This document shows positions 15,291-29,200 of a stretch of 64,000 bases of DNA, in pieces; within the stretch, counting starts at the first letter, position 1, and every line of letters begins with the position of its first letter. Under the pieces are notes generated by a model that was not told the DNA's origin, searched no databases, and was given only the letters and a program-made list of their open reading frames with translations. The stretch covers positions 8,464,043-8,528,042 of the forward strand of contig NW_002060947.1 in NCBI RefSeq assembly GCF_000150275.1, read 5' to 3'. The DNA comes from Trichoplax adhaerens. Lineage: Eukaryota > Animalia > Placozoa. Position numbers and translations under genes: made by a program.

Positions 15291-18200
15291 TTGCGTAGGC
15301 TATTTCGTCGAAAAGTTAGAATTATGATCATGATTTTCAAGTGTTACTTTGAGTCGCGCCAAAGATTGCAGTAAGTAAATCCCTTTTGAAATAAGTATCT
15401 AAATTAAAGCTTACACAATAATGATTACTAGGAATCTTATACTAATATCATGATTAAAATTACTTATCAATTTTAAAATACAGATAATAGCAATTCGTAA
15501 GAGTATTTAATAATATTTACAGTCGAATTTAAGTTCTTGATTAATTTTATTTCTTTACTGATATTATATTTTGAAAGATGGGTACAAAGTATTATCAATT
15601 AACATCTAATAATAATCATGCTTCGATAGCCATTATCTACTGTAGAATTTAAATTAAATGATATTAAAATTATTGTCGTACTAGAGCTTTTGTAAGCCAT
15701 TATAGTGCTGTCGATTTATATCTAGAAAGAATTGCGTGATATAGCTTCGTCAGCGATACAGCGTTACTTTGTCATTGATAAATCATAGAAGAAGCTACTA
15801 TTTGTCTGGAATGCTACTAAATTGTGAAAGCTGCCTTTTTTTAATATCTTGTACTAAACTCTTTAATTCATATATCTACATTGAATTGGAATACTGATAG
15901 TACTCCGAACGTTTACAGTTGTTTTATTGTCGACGTTACTGTATTTTTGACATAGAAATATTGTGATGAAATAGATTATTATCCGTATAGGAATAGATTT
16001 AAATTAATTTTTAAACAGTTTTGAAGCAGCAAGAATTTTTGTCGTAGTCTTATTGTGTGCATATTTCATCTATTTCATAACGCATCTCATCTGTAGTAAA
16101 ATTTATTGGCCACTTGATGAAGTCAACGTCCTATCAGAGGAAAGCGTTCCTGAAATACAACTGGATGACTTAGATTCATTCCGACGTAGACAGCACGGCG
16201 TAAGTTAATATTACTGACCATATAAATTCATCAAGAAAAATGTAGAGCATAGTCGGTAATAACATTGTAGCAATGAATAAATTGTTAAAAGTATCTCCTT
16301 GGTATCGCCATATGGAATTGCATATGCAAATAATTTTCAAGTAATATACTCGTCTGTTAGGTCCTAACTGTACTGTGATCATAATTTTAATGAAAAGCTA
16401 TCATGTAATTGTACTTAACTTTCCTCACGCATTGAGCTTTAAATTCCTTGCTTTTAAAACTCAAACATAAATTACTATGCATGCTGATAAAAATCGAACA
16501 ATCTCGTCCAAATAACTTCCCCAAATTGGTGAAAATTACGTAATTCTATTAGTCTTATCTAATTTCACAAATTAATCGCATTAATTACACTATCAGGTAA
16601 AATTTTCTTCTCGAGGAAAGAATGTTTTAAACACTAATCCGTCTGAACGAACCTTAGAAATGATTGAACAAGTGAGTTATTGTCATCCTAAATGAAAATA
16701 TGTTGATTTAATTTCGAAATATAGTATCAGTATACAATAAATGAAGGTAAATTTTTGGTTTAATAGATTTCGCAATTTACTTATTATAACGATCAGCTAT
16801 TCGGCATGGTCTTGAAATTCCTCTAATTTAATGATAATCTTCATACTCGTCGGTTACAAAGTAAAACTACAAAATGTTTCATTAGCACTCTTAAAATGCA
16901 ATATTACGAGTAAAATTGTTTATAGCTTGCATTCTTGCAATGTACATTATGATCAGGAAGTATTACACATGTACGATACTTATGTGTAATACTGTATTTT
17001 ACATAAATTTATCACGTCTTGTTTCTACTAAATATTGTTAATATGGTCTTGAATTTTTCTAATATAATGATAATCTTCAGACTCCTCGGTTACCAAGTAA
17101 AACTAAAAATATATTATGACCTTTATTAAAATGCAATATTATTAGTAAAATGGCTATAGCTTTCGTTTTTACATGAGCATGATGACCTTGAACCAATATG
17201 CGTCTGCTAAACTTAATGTACTGTTTTCATATAAATTTATCGTATTTGATTTTTATTAAATATTGTACCGGCAATATTCTTAGATCGCGAGGAATTGAGC
17301 TTAAGCAAGATTAAGTTCCATATTTGAGATATAAAAATTTTAAATGCCATTTACGTAACTATGCAGTATTATATTCTTCAATTTTATTTATAAATAATAT
17401 AGTTACGTGCGTTAATGCAATCCGTAATTATGTTTGCGAGATGGCCCGTTTATGTCCAGCGAGAATTTTGTAAAGTAGCTTGGTACGACTCGTAAGTAGC
17501 CATATTCAATACCTTCAAATGCAAAAATGATCTCACTGTTAGAAATAGCGAATATGATCTAGAATATCGTAAATTATAGAAGGAATTAAATTACGTATGT
17601 CACGTCGCAACTTCACTTTATAGCTTTGATAAAGATCGAGTGATAATTCGTAAAGGACATCGAAGTGATTGCCTATTTTTTGTTTTATCCGGAACATGTG
17701 CGTTTATTAAGGATTATAGAATGTACTTTCCTTTTATTCACATATTACGAATTTTATAAATAGATTACGAAAGAGGCTAATGATACAGGATTTGAAATCT
17801 CTAAATTAACAACATTTTGTTTAGTAATGCAAGATCGTGGAGATGATGATAGGTTATTTTATATGCAACAAAAGTTAGAAGGAAAATTACATCTTAATGT
17901 TCACGATATCTTATTCGATGGTGAAAATCGAGACGAGTTACAATATGGGCATAGCTTCGGTGTAAGTTAAGATATTTAATACCAATAAAATGTTTAAACA
18001 TTTCTGCACTGTCAAAAATTAACAAATCTAATCAAATGACTTATTACAACTTAATTTGTTTAAGTTGGAAGATATTTATTACAGTACGGAACGAAGTGCA
18101 ACGGTATTTACTAAAGAAGATGTGGAATTATTCGTCATTCACGTAAAAGTATGAAATCATTTTTTGATTCAGTAAATAGATTTATTTATGATTAGGTAGA

Positions 18201-21200
18201 ATAACTAGTTATAGGTAAACCTGGAATTCAGATTATAAGTGCAATTTTTTACTTCCAACACGCGTAATGGATGAGCTTGTTTAAATTAAACTTTTTTTTC
18301 CTATAGGATTATGGAAATATCTTTAAAAATTTTATGAAAAGATCAGATAAAACGCTTGATATATGCCGGTAAATATGTTCTACAGGCAAATTAATAGCTA
18401 ATACGAGTGTAAAAATTTTAATACTATAACATAAACATAACAAAATTTTGTTCAACTGAATAGTTGTATTAAAGTTAAAATATAAGTAGTAGGTGAATTT
18501 ATGATCTTAGTGATTGAATTCCAGGATCTTAGGCTACTTTAAAATTAATTTTCGATAGCTGAAGTTCAATTTCAATTTCAATTTCAATTTTAGGCAGGTG
18601 TATGCATTATCAGATTGGCCAGTTGATGTTCTGTACAAAGATCCACACAGTTGGATTATGCAAAATTTTACGTAAGTCCATGGAAGAATTCTTATATAAT
18701 AAAATTTATAGATCTAATTTAGTAATATCAGTACGGATATTACATTAAAAATGGGTATGTACAAGATGCGGGTATTTGGTTGATACGAAATTTCTCAGCG
18801 ATAAAAATTAGGAATTGTAGGTTAAATATTAATCGAATTAGTCTAACTGTCTGAAAATCAATTCCTGATGAATTATAGGAGAGGTTCAGTTATTTGTCCT
18901 AATTGTGCCGATTCTCAGTGGGTATACGTTATAACAAGCGTAAGTTCACGTTCTAATTCTTGATACAGTATTCTGATATCTTATTTCGCCATAGATAGTC
19001 GATAAGGATAATATTATTTTATTTCTGATTTCAGGGTAAATGCAAAGTAATCAAATATTTAACTACTACGGAATTGGAACGTTATAAGGAAGTATTGCGA
19101 GAAAGGCGTACACTAGAAAATCGCAAGGCGTTAGCTAGCTTCATTGGCGATAAATCTCCAAATTATGGAAGCAGCCGTAGCCGTGCAGTTAGTGTCTATA
19201 AAATTCCTGCTAATACCCCTTCAAAATTAATTAATGACTACGGATGGACTAATGAAGTATGGGATGATGAAGATAATTGGTATGAGCGCCATGCTGCTGG
19301 AAGAGGCAATGAACCTTTACCTTCAGTCGTAAATTCGAAATTGCCTAAATCGACATCATGTAAGTCGGGCGCATTCATTTACCTACTAAGTAATCGATTT
19401 AATTTTGTGATTACCCAAAATAAGGGGCTTAGTTACTAATTATAACAATGGCTAGCAGTCTAGTCTTTCTCCAAAGATCTTGTATATAAAATTTAAAATG
19501 CAAACATACTTGTTATAGTTTGTACGTACAACTGAAAGCTGAATACTTGAATACTATACTATATAAATACAAGTATTTATAATGATACATGGTTACAGAC
19601 AAGAATGATATGTCCTTTACGCATAATTTACATTCTAAGCTGTATGTGATTGCAGAAGTAAGAGTACAATAAAACTAAGTTTATGATATAACCTAATTGA
19701 CATTTAGGTGGACATAGCGTGGAATTTGCTCCTGAAAGAGAAAATACTGTTGTAATGTTACCGAAAATGAATATATTGCTTAATAAATATACAACTAGTA
19801 GATCTTTGAAGAGAACCCGCCAATCTCGCATTTTATCGGCAGCATCAACATCTTCATCTTCTACATCTTATAACTTAGACTATAGAAGATCTAGTGTAAG
19901 TTTATTTGATGAAAATATAATCAGGTCCGTTTTTTAACTTTCTTCTTTATATTATTTCAACATATAGACTAGTTCCAATAAGTCTCGTGTAACCATTAAT
20001 AGCACCATCAAATATTTACCGACTTATATTGAATTGAAAACGTTACGAACACGTGAGGCATTTGTAAGTCGGTTTAAGCTTCGTCATTACAAACTCAAAT
20101 AGAAGCTGCATAATATTATTTTAAAAAATTATTTACAAGAAACGTTAACGACATGCTTAATTTCCTAAACTTTACCGATCGATAATCCAGATACAAATCC
20201 TGTATTTTAGTTTTGCTTTCTATTTCTTATTCTAAATTACGTTTAGTCGCATTCCAGCGCCTACTTTTACCTTGCTAAAGTAGCCTTTTATGATTGCATA
20301 TACTAATGAGCAAAGCAATAATTTTGTAGCATTGATATTGTAGTATATCAGGTACAGACATAACGCCTCATATTTTTTTTTATCTTTTTAGAGTAATCTG
20401 TGGGAGTTACTGATATAGGCGATAATAGTTTCCATGTATTCATATTGCAGTATAAATAAAATATGGCTCAAAACCAATAGATAGTAATCATTCGAATAGA
20501 ATATATACGGTTTTCATTTGCTAAGGAATGAAAATAATGTTAACGTTTATTTTTTCCACGGTTATCTATTGAACGCTACAAGTATTTTAACTTCATAGAT
20601 GAATATGCTGCAACAAACTATAGTAAATGAGGATTACACCGTGTTCTCTGTTATATTAATAATTATTCCATATTATAATAAGCTAGTATCAAGGAAATTA
20701 AATATCTATAATTGATGCTGTCTCAATAACAAGAAAAAGCAAAAGCAGATCATCGGATTAGTAAATAAAATGTTAAAAGTGATGCATATAAATATATTAA
20801 TTAGCTTTGATGACAAATGATGAACAATTTAGCTAGTCGTCGTCCAAATTAATACCATTTATGTTACGTACAGGGAATAGAACCAATCATTTATCCCGCA
20901 GATAAAGAATTTAGCGCATCTATTAGTTTGGTAAGAAATTTATCATATTTTTGTGCGTTGTTAAACAAAAACCCGCAGCAAATATTTTAATTTAATATCT
21001 AATACTATGATAGATCAGCGATGGAGCAGAATGCATTTTAATACCAAGACGAATCTTTAGAGATCATTTATCTGTAACAAAAGTTGGTATCATGCAAATC
21101 AAAGTAGGTGAATTATAATTATAGTTAAAGGGCTAACACCATGCCTAATGAGAAGTTACCATGTAACCAATATAAATTTTATTGATATAATGACCAGGTT

Positions 21201-21323
21201 GAGAGATTTCCTGATTGCAAGCAATTAGTTGAGAGTTTGATGGAATCAATGCGATGGAAAAATTATAAGGGCGAACTTGTAACAAATGTATTGAGAAGAA
21301 TTGATGATAAAAAATTACGATAA
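15291..21323 (+). CDS. Cyclic nucleotide-binding domain-containing protein (CNBD2-like, two CNB-type domains); 5' end uncertain
   Basis: 16 phase-consistent GT-AG exons: 15291-15370, 16097-16199, 16597-16671, 17403-17491, 17624-17697, 17825-17961, 18065-18148, 18307-18368, 18594-18671, 18879-18939, 19035-19359, 19708-19895, 19968-20063, 20874-20930, 21014-21103, 21198-21323 (575 codons). Motifs: NPSERT, KVAWYDSFDKDRVIIRKGH..FFVLSG, GHSFG..RSATV, WVYVITSGKCKV, SLISDGAECILI, WKNYK. Confidence 0.88.
16805..17270. repeat. Intronic two-copy tandem duplication, period about 236 bp
   Basis: atggtcttgaa..ctaat.taatgataatcttca.actc.tcggttac.aagtaaaacta at about 16807 and 17043, with similarity continuing across the unit. 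Confidence 0.8.
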
Positions 21324-22559
21324 AAATCTAATTTTCTTGAGTAATTTTAAGCTTGTAAAGTTTTATGGGCATTCTCATAAGAAAATCCAGGCTTAAAGCT
21401 TTCTTTATGACAATTCCAACTTTAGAGAAACGGAATCTTTATTATTAGATCTATGGTTGTTGAAGCATTATATAATTTATTTCGTGCGCTGATATTAAAA
21501 TGTAGAGAGCAGCTGCTTGATACATTTAGAAATCGACATCCAGTCTGGCTATCTGGTAATATTACTTTGAATAAAAAATTAGTGCAAATAGATTTATATT
21601 CATTTTTTCCATGAAATATTGAGAGCTACGTGTTGATCGTTTTTTATTCAGATTTTACGAATATCATTATAATATTGTTCGTCTTTGTTAAACAAGTTAG
21701 CATCAAACAGCGTTTTATAAACTTGAAATTTCTGGCTAATTTTCTAAAGCTTCTTTTCTTGTGTAATTGTTTAATTTATAACAAAATAATTGCTTTACTA
21801 CCATTTTTGACGACTTCATTTAAAAACTGAAAAATGTCAAAATAAATAATTTCTGCATTATCAAGTTAGCTCTTCCGGTAGTCAACACTTTTATAATCTT
21901 GCAATCTATAGTTTGAAATGTGTAATTGCTATTTTACAGCTTGCTTATATTCTCAGATAAAGCGGTCGGAAATGAATATATATAGATAAAATATGAATTG
22001 TTTCATAAAGTGGTTTCCAATATTGCAATTTCGAAATATTGTATCGGTAGCGGATTAAAATTTTTGTAAATATCAATCGAGAATTTAGTATCAATAGATA
22101 TAGATCAGCCAATATTTGTTTTTCTTTATTATATATGGCGCAAGAAAATTTAGGAAATTATTACAGCATCAATCTTTAGTAATTGTGATTTTGAATGAAA
22201 TGATTAAGTAATCGGAGAATATATATTTTTAAGAGTGTGGGTAGCAATAGATTAATCTGCTTGCATTGAAATCATTACTATTGTTCTAATTCTTTCCGTA
22301 ATATAATGATAAGTTGCATTATCTTTTTAAGATGATCTTTAAATTTCTTTCAGAATGTGGTGTAATTCATAGACAGTGCATTTACCACTGTCTACATCTT
22401 AGAAAGTTATACGCAGAAAATAGTTGAAGTGAAAGTTTAATTCAATGCTATAAGATCAAGCGAGATTTATTCCTTTGTCTTATTGAGTTTATTTCTTTTG
22501 AAAATTTTGGTATAATAGATATTTATTTTCGAAAATCCAAGTAAAGATAGCTATTATTT

Positions 22560-23200
22560 AAGAATTGATTGGAAATGCCGAAAATCAAAGCATATTAATG
22601 TAAATGTACGTACGTCGCACTTTTAGTACACTATTATAATCGTTAAATTAAAATAGTACTATATTCCATAGAATTTCTAGAGGTTTCGCTAGTAATATAG
22701 AAACAGAAACAAATCGTACAATAATTTTACTGCTTTTTATATTCGTCATCTTATGCAACAAACGATGCAGTTTTGTGTACATTGAGAATGAAGATAGAAA
22801 TATGACAAAGGGAAGGCAAATATAAATCATTTACATGTAAAGACAACGTCACTTCTATAAATTACCCATGAAAAGGTATGATTGCAGTAGTGGAATAATT
22901 TGTATTTGAGAAATATCGGCCATAATCCGCTGCAAAAATTACATGAAAAGATTGCAAGAGTTTAATAAGTATAAAACGAAATTATGAAAGTTACCAGCCA
23001 AATTCGAGTAGCTGTAGACTCAGCGGTAATACTAGTAATTGAAGGGTGGCTTACTCTCATAAAAGTAAAGATCATGTATTTAAATTTGATTTACCTCTAC
23101 ATTTTCTAGTGTTTGTGCTTGCATTAAGTTGTCTTTTCGGAAAGCAAAAATTGCTACTGCTAGTACTGTGATGTTGCATAACGATTCAGTATAAATTCCT
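22560..23200 (-). pseudogene. Possible heavily decayed rhodopsin-class GPCR relic
   Basis: Ordered minus-strand fragments: RVSHP...IWLVTFIISF (TM4-like), YICLPFVIFLSSFSMYTKL (TM5-like), IIVRFVSVSILLAKPLEIL (TM6-like), INALIFGISNQF (NPxxY/helix-8-like); interrupted by stops and frameshifts. Confidence 0.35.
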
Positions 23201-26200
23201 TGATGTTTACTATTCGTAAGACTACATTATTAATAACGATTGCCATTTACTCCTTACCGGAGAGGACTTCCAAAGAATAGTATGCAATAATTTTATCCCA
23301 TAAAAGTAAAACCTAAATAGGTATGCAAAGAATATGAGAAGGCTATAGAACAGGTTTACATGATTTATTTATCACTAACATTTACAATCATTCGCTGGAA
23401 AGAAACTAGTAGTTTTAAAAATGTGTAACTATAAGCTATCCTTTACTCTATGAGTTAATTATCAAATTCGATAAATTTAACTACTCACATCTTCTGGTGA
23501 AAGATAGCCTGAGAACGCAAACATCATCCACTTAAAGGCAATTTTTAGGCTGTAGAAATTTTGATACGTAGAGTTAGTTGATATACTACTGCTCAAAAGC
23601 CAGCTATATCAAAGTTGCGATGTTTTTTAAGTTAATTATAGATATTAACAGCAGGCTGGAATCTGATTTATCGTAATTCTTACGGTTGGGCTTTTATCTC
23701 TCGCAAGTGATAGAATAAACGTGGGTAGTGAGATTGCAACAAACTTTCAAAGGTAACACATAAATTCAGAATCCCCTATATTGATGTATGTGTCAAAAAT
23801 TGAATTAATCGTTCAAGATTTCGAGTATTAAGGTAGAATATGCTAACTTTTCAAGTTTATTCTCTTTACTATTGTATGCTTAATTACTTATTAGATAAGA
23901 GAGCTATCCTACCTGCGGATGTGATGATAGTGTATGGAGACGAAAGAAAAACCTAATAGGAAGGAAATTTGTATGCGTAATATCAGTGACACGATTAAAA
24001 ACTTCACATATGGTAATTATTGAATGCTGTAAATCAAATTTAATGTTATAGGCAGAATTATTATCATTTTCATTTCTAACCGTATATATTTAATTTGCAT
24101 AAGAGAAAGATAAATTAGTTAATTAACTAAGTTTTAAGTAAATCAAGAGCAACTATTATCAGACGCTTTTTTTTTCAACTTCAATATAATAGTAATTATT
24201 ACCAAGTTGATTGCTCAAATGTCCATACAAGTTAGCTTAACGATATAAAATTTAAAATAATCTTTTAGATGTCTTGACTAATATAGTATTACCTGGTATA
24301 TAATTCACGTAGGACAAAGTATATACTTTCGCAATCTTCAAATAAATAGCAGATTGGAGCTACTGCAATAGCGACAATCGGTTATAGAAATCATGAATAT
24401 AAAATGACAGCTCAAAGGATCTAACCACAGCTTTAGTGCATGTATATATATCTTGAGAAAATACTTATCGATACATTACGGTATAAAATACTACTTGATT
24501 AACAGTCGGTAATAAAATAACTGAACTAGAGAATGTAAATATATAGCCTTTAAATCTTCGAATGCGGCTAAATTATGATTATTAAAACGGGTAAATGTTC
24601 ACAAGAAGCTATCTATTGACGAAAATAGTAGTAAAGTATCAAAAATTAAATATTTGCTATATACCGAACATGGAAATGCCATAAAATGGAATTATTCCTG
24701 CAATATCCCAAACGAAAATATTGATTAATAATTACGAAAATCAGAACTAAAGTAAATCTCAAACATAGGCTTTTAGTGTGTTTACTCGATACTTTGATTT
24801 AAGACTCTATAGTGATAGGCTAAAAGTAAAATTATGCAGTAATTTACTACAGTATATAACTAATAATATCTTGCTCCAAATACATATTTCTTGTATCTGA
24901 TAAATTTTAGAAAGCTTGCTTGAGTTTGTATTTGAGGCAGTACCGTTTGGTGGATAAATGATTAGGTTTTCTGGACTTTCAGACTTGCCTGCATATTTTT
25001 ATTGTTAGATAATTTAGATTACGTTCTTCATGGATGATCCAGATATGGTACGTTTTTTAAATTAATTATCAACAGGATATATTTAAGTCTTCGACACCTT
25101 TATGATAAGCTTTTGATGGCGTGGCACTTGAATTATTAAAGTGTTTCAATACTGCAGTATCACGAGTAAAAGCTAACATTGCCTGGTATAAATATTTAGT
25201 CATTAAATTAGCAGAAAAGCCGAAATAGATATTGTACGCATATAATTGAATTATTTAAATTATTTCATAGACTTCTACTACGTAGAAAAGATCTAATGAT
25301 TAGTAGTACATAAGATATTTCATAAGCTATTCTACCTGATAAAATAAGTCTTCAAATGGAAAGTAATGACTGTCATTAGCTGATGTTAACCTAATGTCCT
25401 AAAGTTATAAGAAAAAGAACCGATCATGATGTTAGATTAATTCTACGAGCGTGTAAAGTATTTGTTATCTATCTGATATCTCACCTTTCTTATTAATTTA
25501 TCTACTAACATATCGTAACTGCAGACGTGCTTTACTAGTTGTTCATAGTAATAAAGATCCTTTACGAGGTAAGAAAAGAAATGACATTGGAATTTTATAA
25601 AAAACTTTGTTTTAATATTATCTTTCATTCCGTCAACTTTCAACTTATAAGATTAGTAATTTGCACCGTGTCATTATTAAAAAGTTTTATCTGAAATCAA
25701 ACAGCTAGCTTACCACTTCTTCTAAGGATACACCAAGCATTTGCTTCCATAGCTGACCTCGTAAAGATCTTGGGCATCCACGTTTCGAAAATTCTCGCGA
25801 GAGTGGTGCATGATTTTTTTCTACGACTATCCAATTTTAATGTGATTTTAGATGTAATGCAAATCATGGATAAGTAGTATTATAAAAGTATCGAAATAAG
25901 ATGTTTTAAGTCAGTACATGTAAATCATCAATCTCTTATACTATAGAGTGATAAAGATTTAGATTTAGCATGATTCCAAGCTAGCGTTGAAATATGCTGG
26001 ATTATTTTCGTGAAATATTATTGCATACATATGTTATGCTGTGATGGTATAGTAATTAATTTCCTTCGATATTAGAAGTGTTATTTATCCGGAAAAACAT
26101 AACATCTTAGCATAGATGGTTACCTTTTTTACCCAACTTTAGCCTTTCCTCTTCTAGTCGAGCTACGTATAAGATTGATCGGAATATTTGTAAAAAAGTT

Positions 26201-29200
26201 GATGATAGATACTTTAGGAGAATAGTTACAAATTATTGGAACGAATATAAATAGAACTTTATCCTAAGCAAAATTACGGATTGTTCATTCACCAACTATT
26301 TTCAAATTAACCAACATAATATGAAAATAATGATCTAGAAGTTGCAATCAGTTTAAATTGCTTCATGGCTTATTGCTGTTTCGGTAACTTAATTATGTTA
26401 TAGTTTTCGATAGTTAGGCACAATCCAGAGCTAGTCTAATGTATTTTGGTGTTAATTTAGTATGTAAATCGTTGCATAAAACTTTTTAATATTATTAATT
26501 TTATTTTCGGATGCAGGCTTCAGAACTTTTAATTACGAGATGTCTATACTTAGGTTCTTTGTTAATGATCTATAGATTAAAGTGTTCGTTAATATGATAT
26601 AGAAAATTTACGAATTTTTCTTATATTATGTCAAATTTTAACTTCAGATACTTAATTAATCTGAGATTCTATGTTTGTAGATGAAGTTCCTTAACAAAGT
26701 AATCCAGAGGAATAGCCTTAAAAAGTAAAGCTAGTCCCAGTAATATAGGTTTTGTAGTATAGCTGATGGATTCATAATCACAGTTTATAATAGAATCTTT
26801 TAGAGGTAAAATTATAGTTGTAATAGTATAAGCTATTTGTGGCTAATTAATTATGAGCTACTAATGATAGAAATGTTTACTAACGTAAATGAAGGTTACA
26901 TAATTGCAGTACCGGTCTTATTTTGATATTTGCGATCCTTAATCGATGAATGATAAACGTTGGTTGAAAGATCTTTAAATTGCTTTTTCTAACGAAGAAG
27001 TACATAATAATGCATGTAATATACTGATTATGCAACATCAATTCTTCGTAAATTCTATTTGCGAAAAAGTGGAAATTTCAAACGCTAGCGATCTTACAAA
27101 ATCTTCAAGTTCTTTAACTTTAAAGTGTAAGTTCATTACACCCCAGTGGCTATTAAAGCTACATATAAGAAGTTAAAAATATGAAGGATGAAATTACGAT
27201 TATTGTAAGGAAGCTCTCACTGAAACCATGAAGAATGCGCTATCACTTTTAAGAACTGGATTCGATTGGCTAACAAACAATAACTCATACATTTAAAATT
27301 GCATATCAGATTATCTGTCTTCAAGGATAGCAGAAGTAAGTATACTTTCAAAAATTATTTTTTTGTTAGTTTGTTAACTCATCTAATTAAAAGCTGATAT
27401 ATGACCATAAGATTCCAAATTAATAAATATTTAACTTACAATGATAGATTGTCCTCGATAGCAGGATTTCTAACAGATGTTACTATCTACAATCCATAAA
27501 ATCAAAGAAATTAATACTTTTGTACTCAAGCTGTCTTTAAAACTAATATCAACTTATTTGTTGATCTAATTTTACCTCGTAAAAGTCTTTTACTGAATAA
27601 ATAAATTGAAGGTTTCCAAATTCTGATGATTTATTAAATATGAAAGAGGGAATTATTGATATGGGTAAGGCTTAACCATGCATATGATATCCGCAAGAAT
27701 CGTTAAGATCTAACATAGATACTGAACTGTTATCAAATTTTCCTAAGGAATCAAGATCGGCCCGAATTTGCCATTCATCGCTTTTACTGCGCTGTATCAA
27801 AATATTTTGGTAGCGATCAACATTAGAATTATAACACAGATCCAATTCGTGCTGAATCTATGGCCCAATTAGAATGACTAAAATTTAATTAATTTAAGTT
27901 GCTTCGTTATGGATCAATTGCGATTTGATACCTTTTTAACAAGTTCTAAACTTTGCTGCTTACACATTGTATTAAAAGATTTTGCAATTTTCTTCTCCCA
28001 GTTTTCCTATCATAGTAAAAACCGTTAATTGATACACGGAATTGGCATTGATATACTAGGCTTGATTATATAATCACTGGTACCTGTGCTTTACGAATAT
28101 AAGTAAGTTTTTCTTTATAAGTACTAGATTCACTTACGCCGAAGGACGAATCTGTATATCTGCGTTAGTATAAAGATATTATCGTGTTATGACACCATTA
28201 AATTCTAAAATTGATAGACTTTAGATCTCGATCTTTTAAGCCAATCGTATGTCTTTGACATAAATACACGTGGATGAAGTAACTAGCTAAATATTTATAT
28301 TAATAGCATATTGTTTATGCTACCAAATTTAATACCTATTCAGACGAGTGTAGACTTGATTACCTATAGCATTTTTCCAACCTATAATATCAAAAGCCGA
28401 TACATTGTATCATCGTTAAAATCCTAGCTAAACGGTCATAATTTAAAGCATTTAAGATGGCAATCTTTACTAACCTAAATCTGTAAGATAATGTTGTAAA
28501 GATTTGAAAACGTTTGAAGAGGTAACTTGAGGTTTGACCAAATATTCCTAGTTTATCAAAATTTCAGGACAAAGTTGCTATAAAATGATTTGCAAATAAC
28601 ATGTACTGTTAATTGTATGAACCCTATATCACAGGATGCAGAGAATTTGAACTGTTTCATCAGTAAATAGCCTTAGAGTTACCGCAAAGGATTTCAGGTA
28701 AATATAGCAGAGCTTTACGGCTCGAGCTGTTACAAAAGTGCAATTGCACATACATCTATAACGGTTGTGATTATGATAATGTTGTGTACAAATTAGATAA
28801 ATTCAGAAGTAAAAATCATTTTCATCTACTCCACCTATACGACGTTATAGAAGATCTTCTTTTAACTGATAGGTGCGAATGCAATCATAATCTCAGACTA
28901 GGACTAAGATCCTCTACAAAACGTCACTTCTAATCAAATATGACTGACAAATCAAATAAAAATTACTATTACTAAATTTCCTCATTACATTTATTTCATT
29001 ATTTCATCGCCCACATATGCGTTATTTTTTAGTATAAAAACTTGCGCTAAATCTTTTCTTTTAAATTTGTAATCTTAAAAAGTAATAGCAAAACCAATTC
29101 TTGTGATATAGATAATTTAATTACTTAAAGATGTCGTTCAGAATATCTGACATGAATGTGATATCGTTGCCTTAGTAAATACTTAAATTGACTTAAGCCC

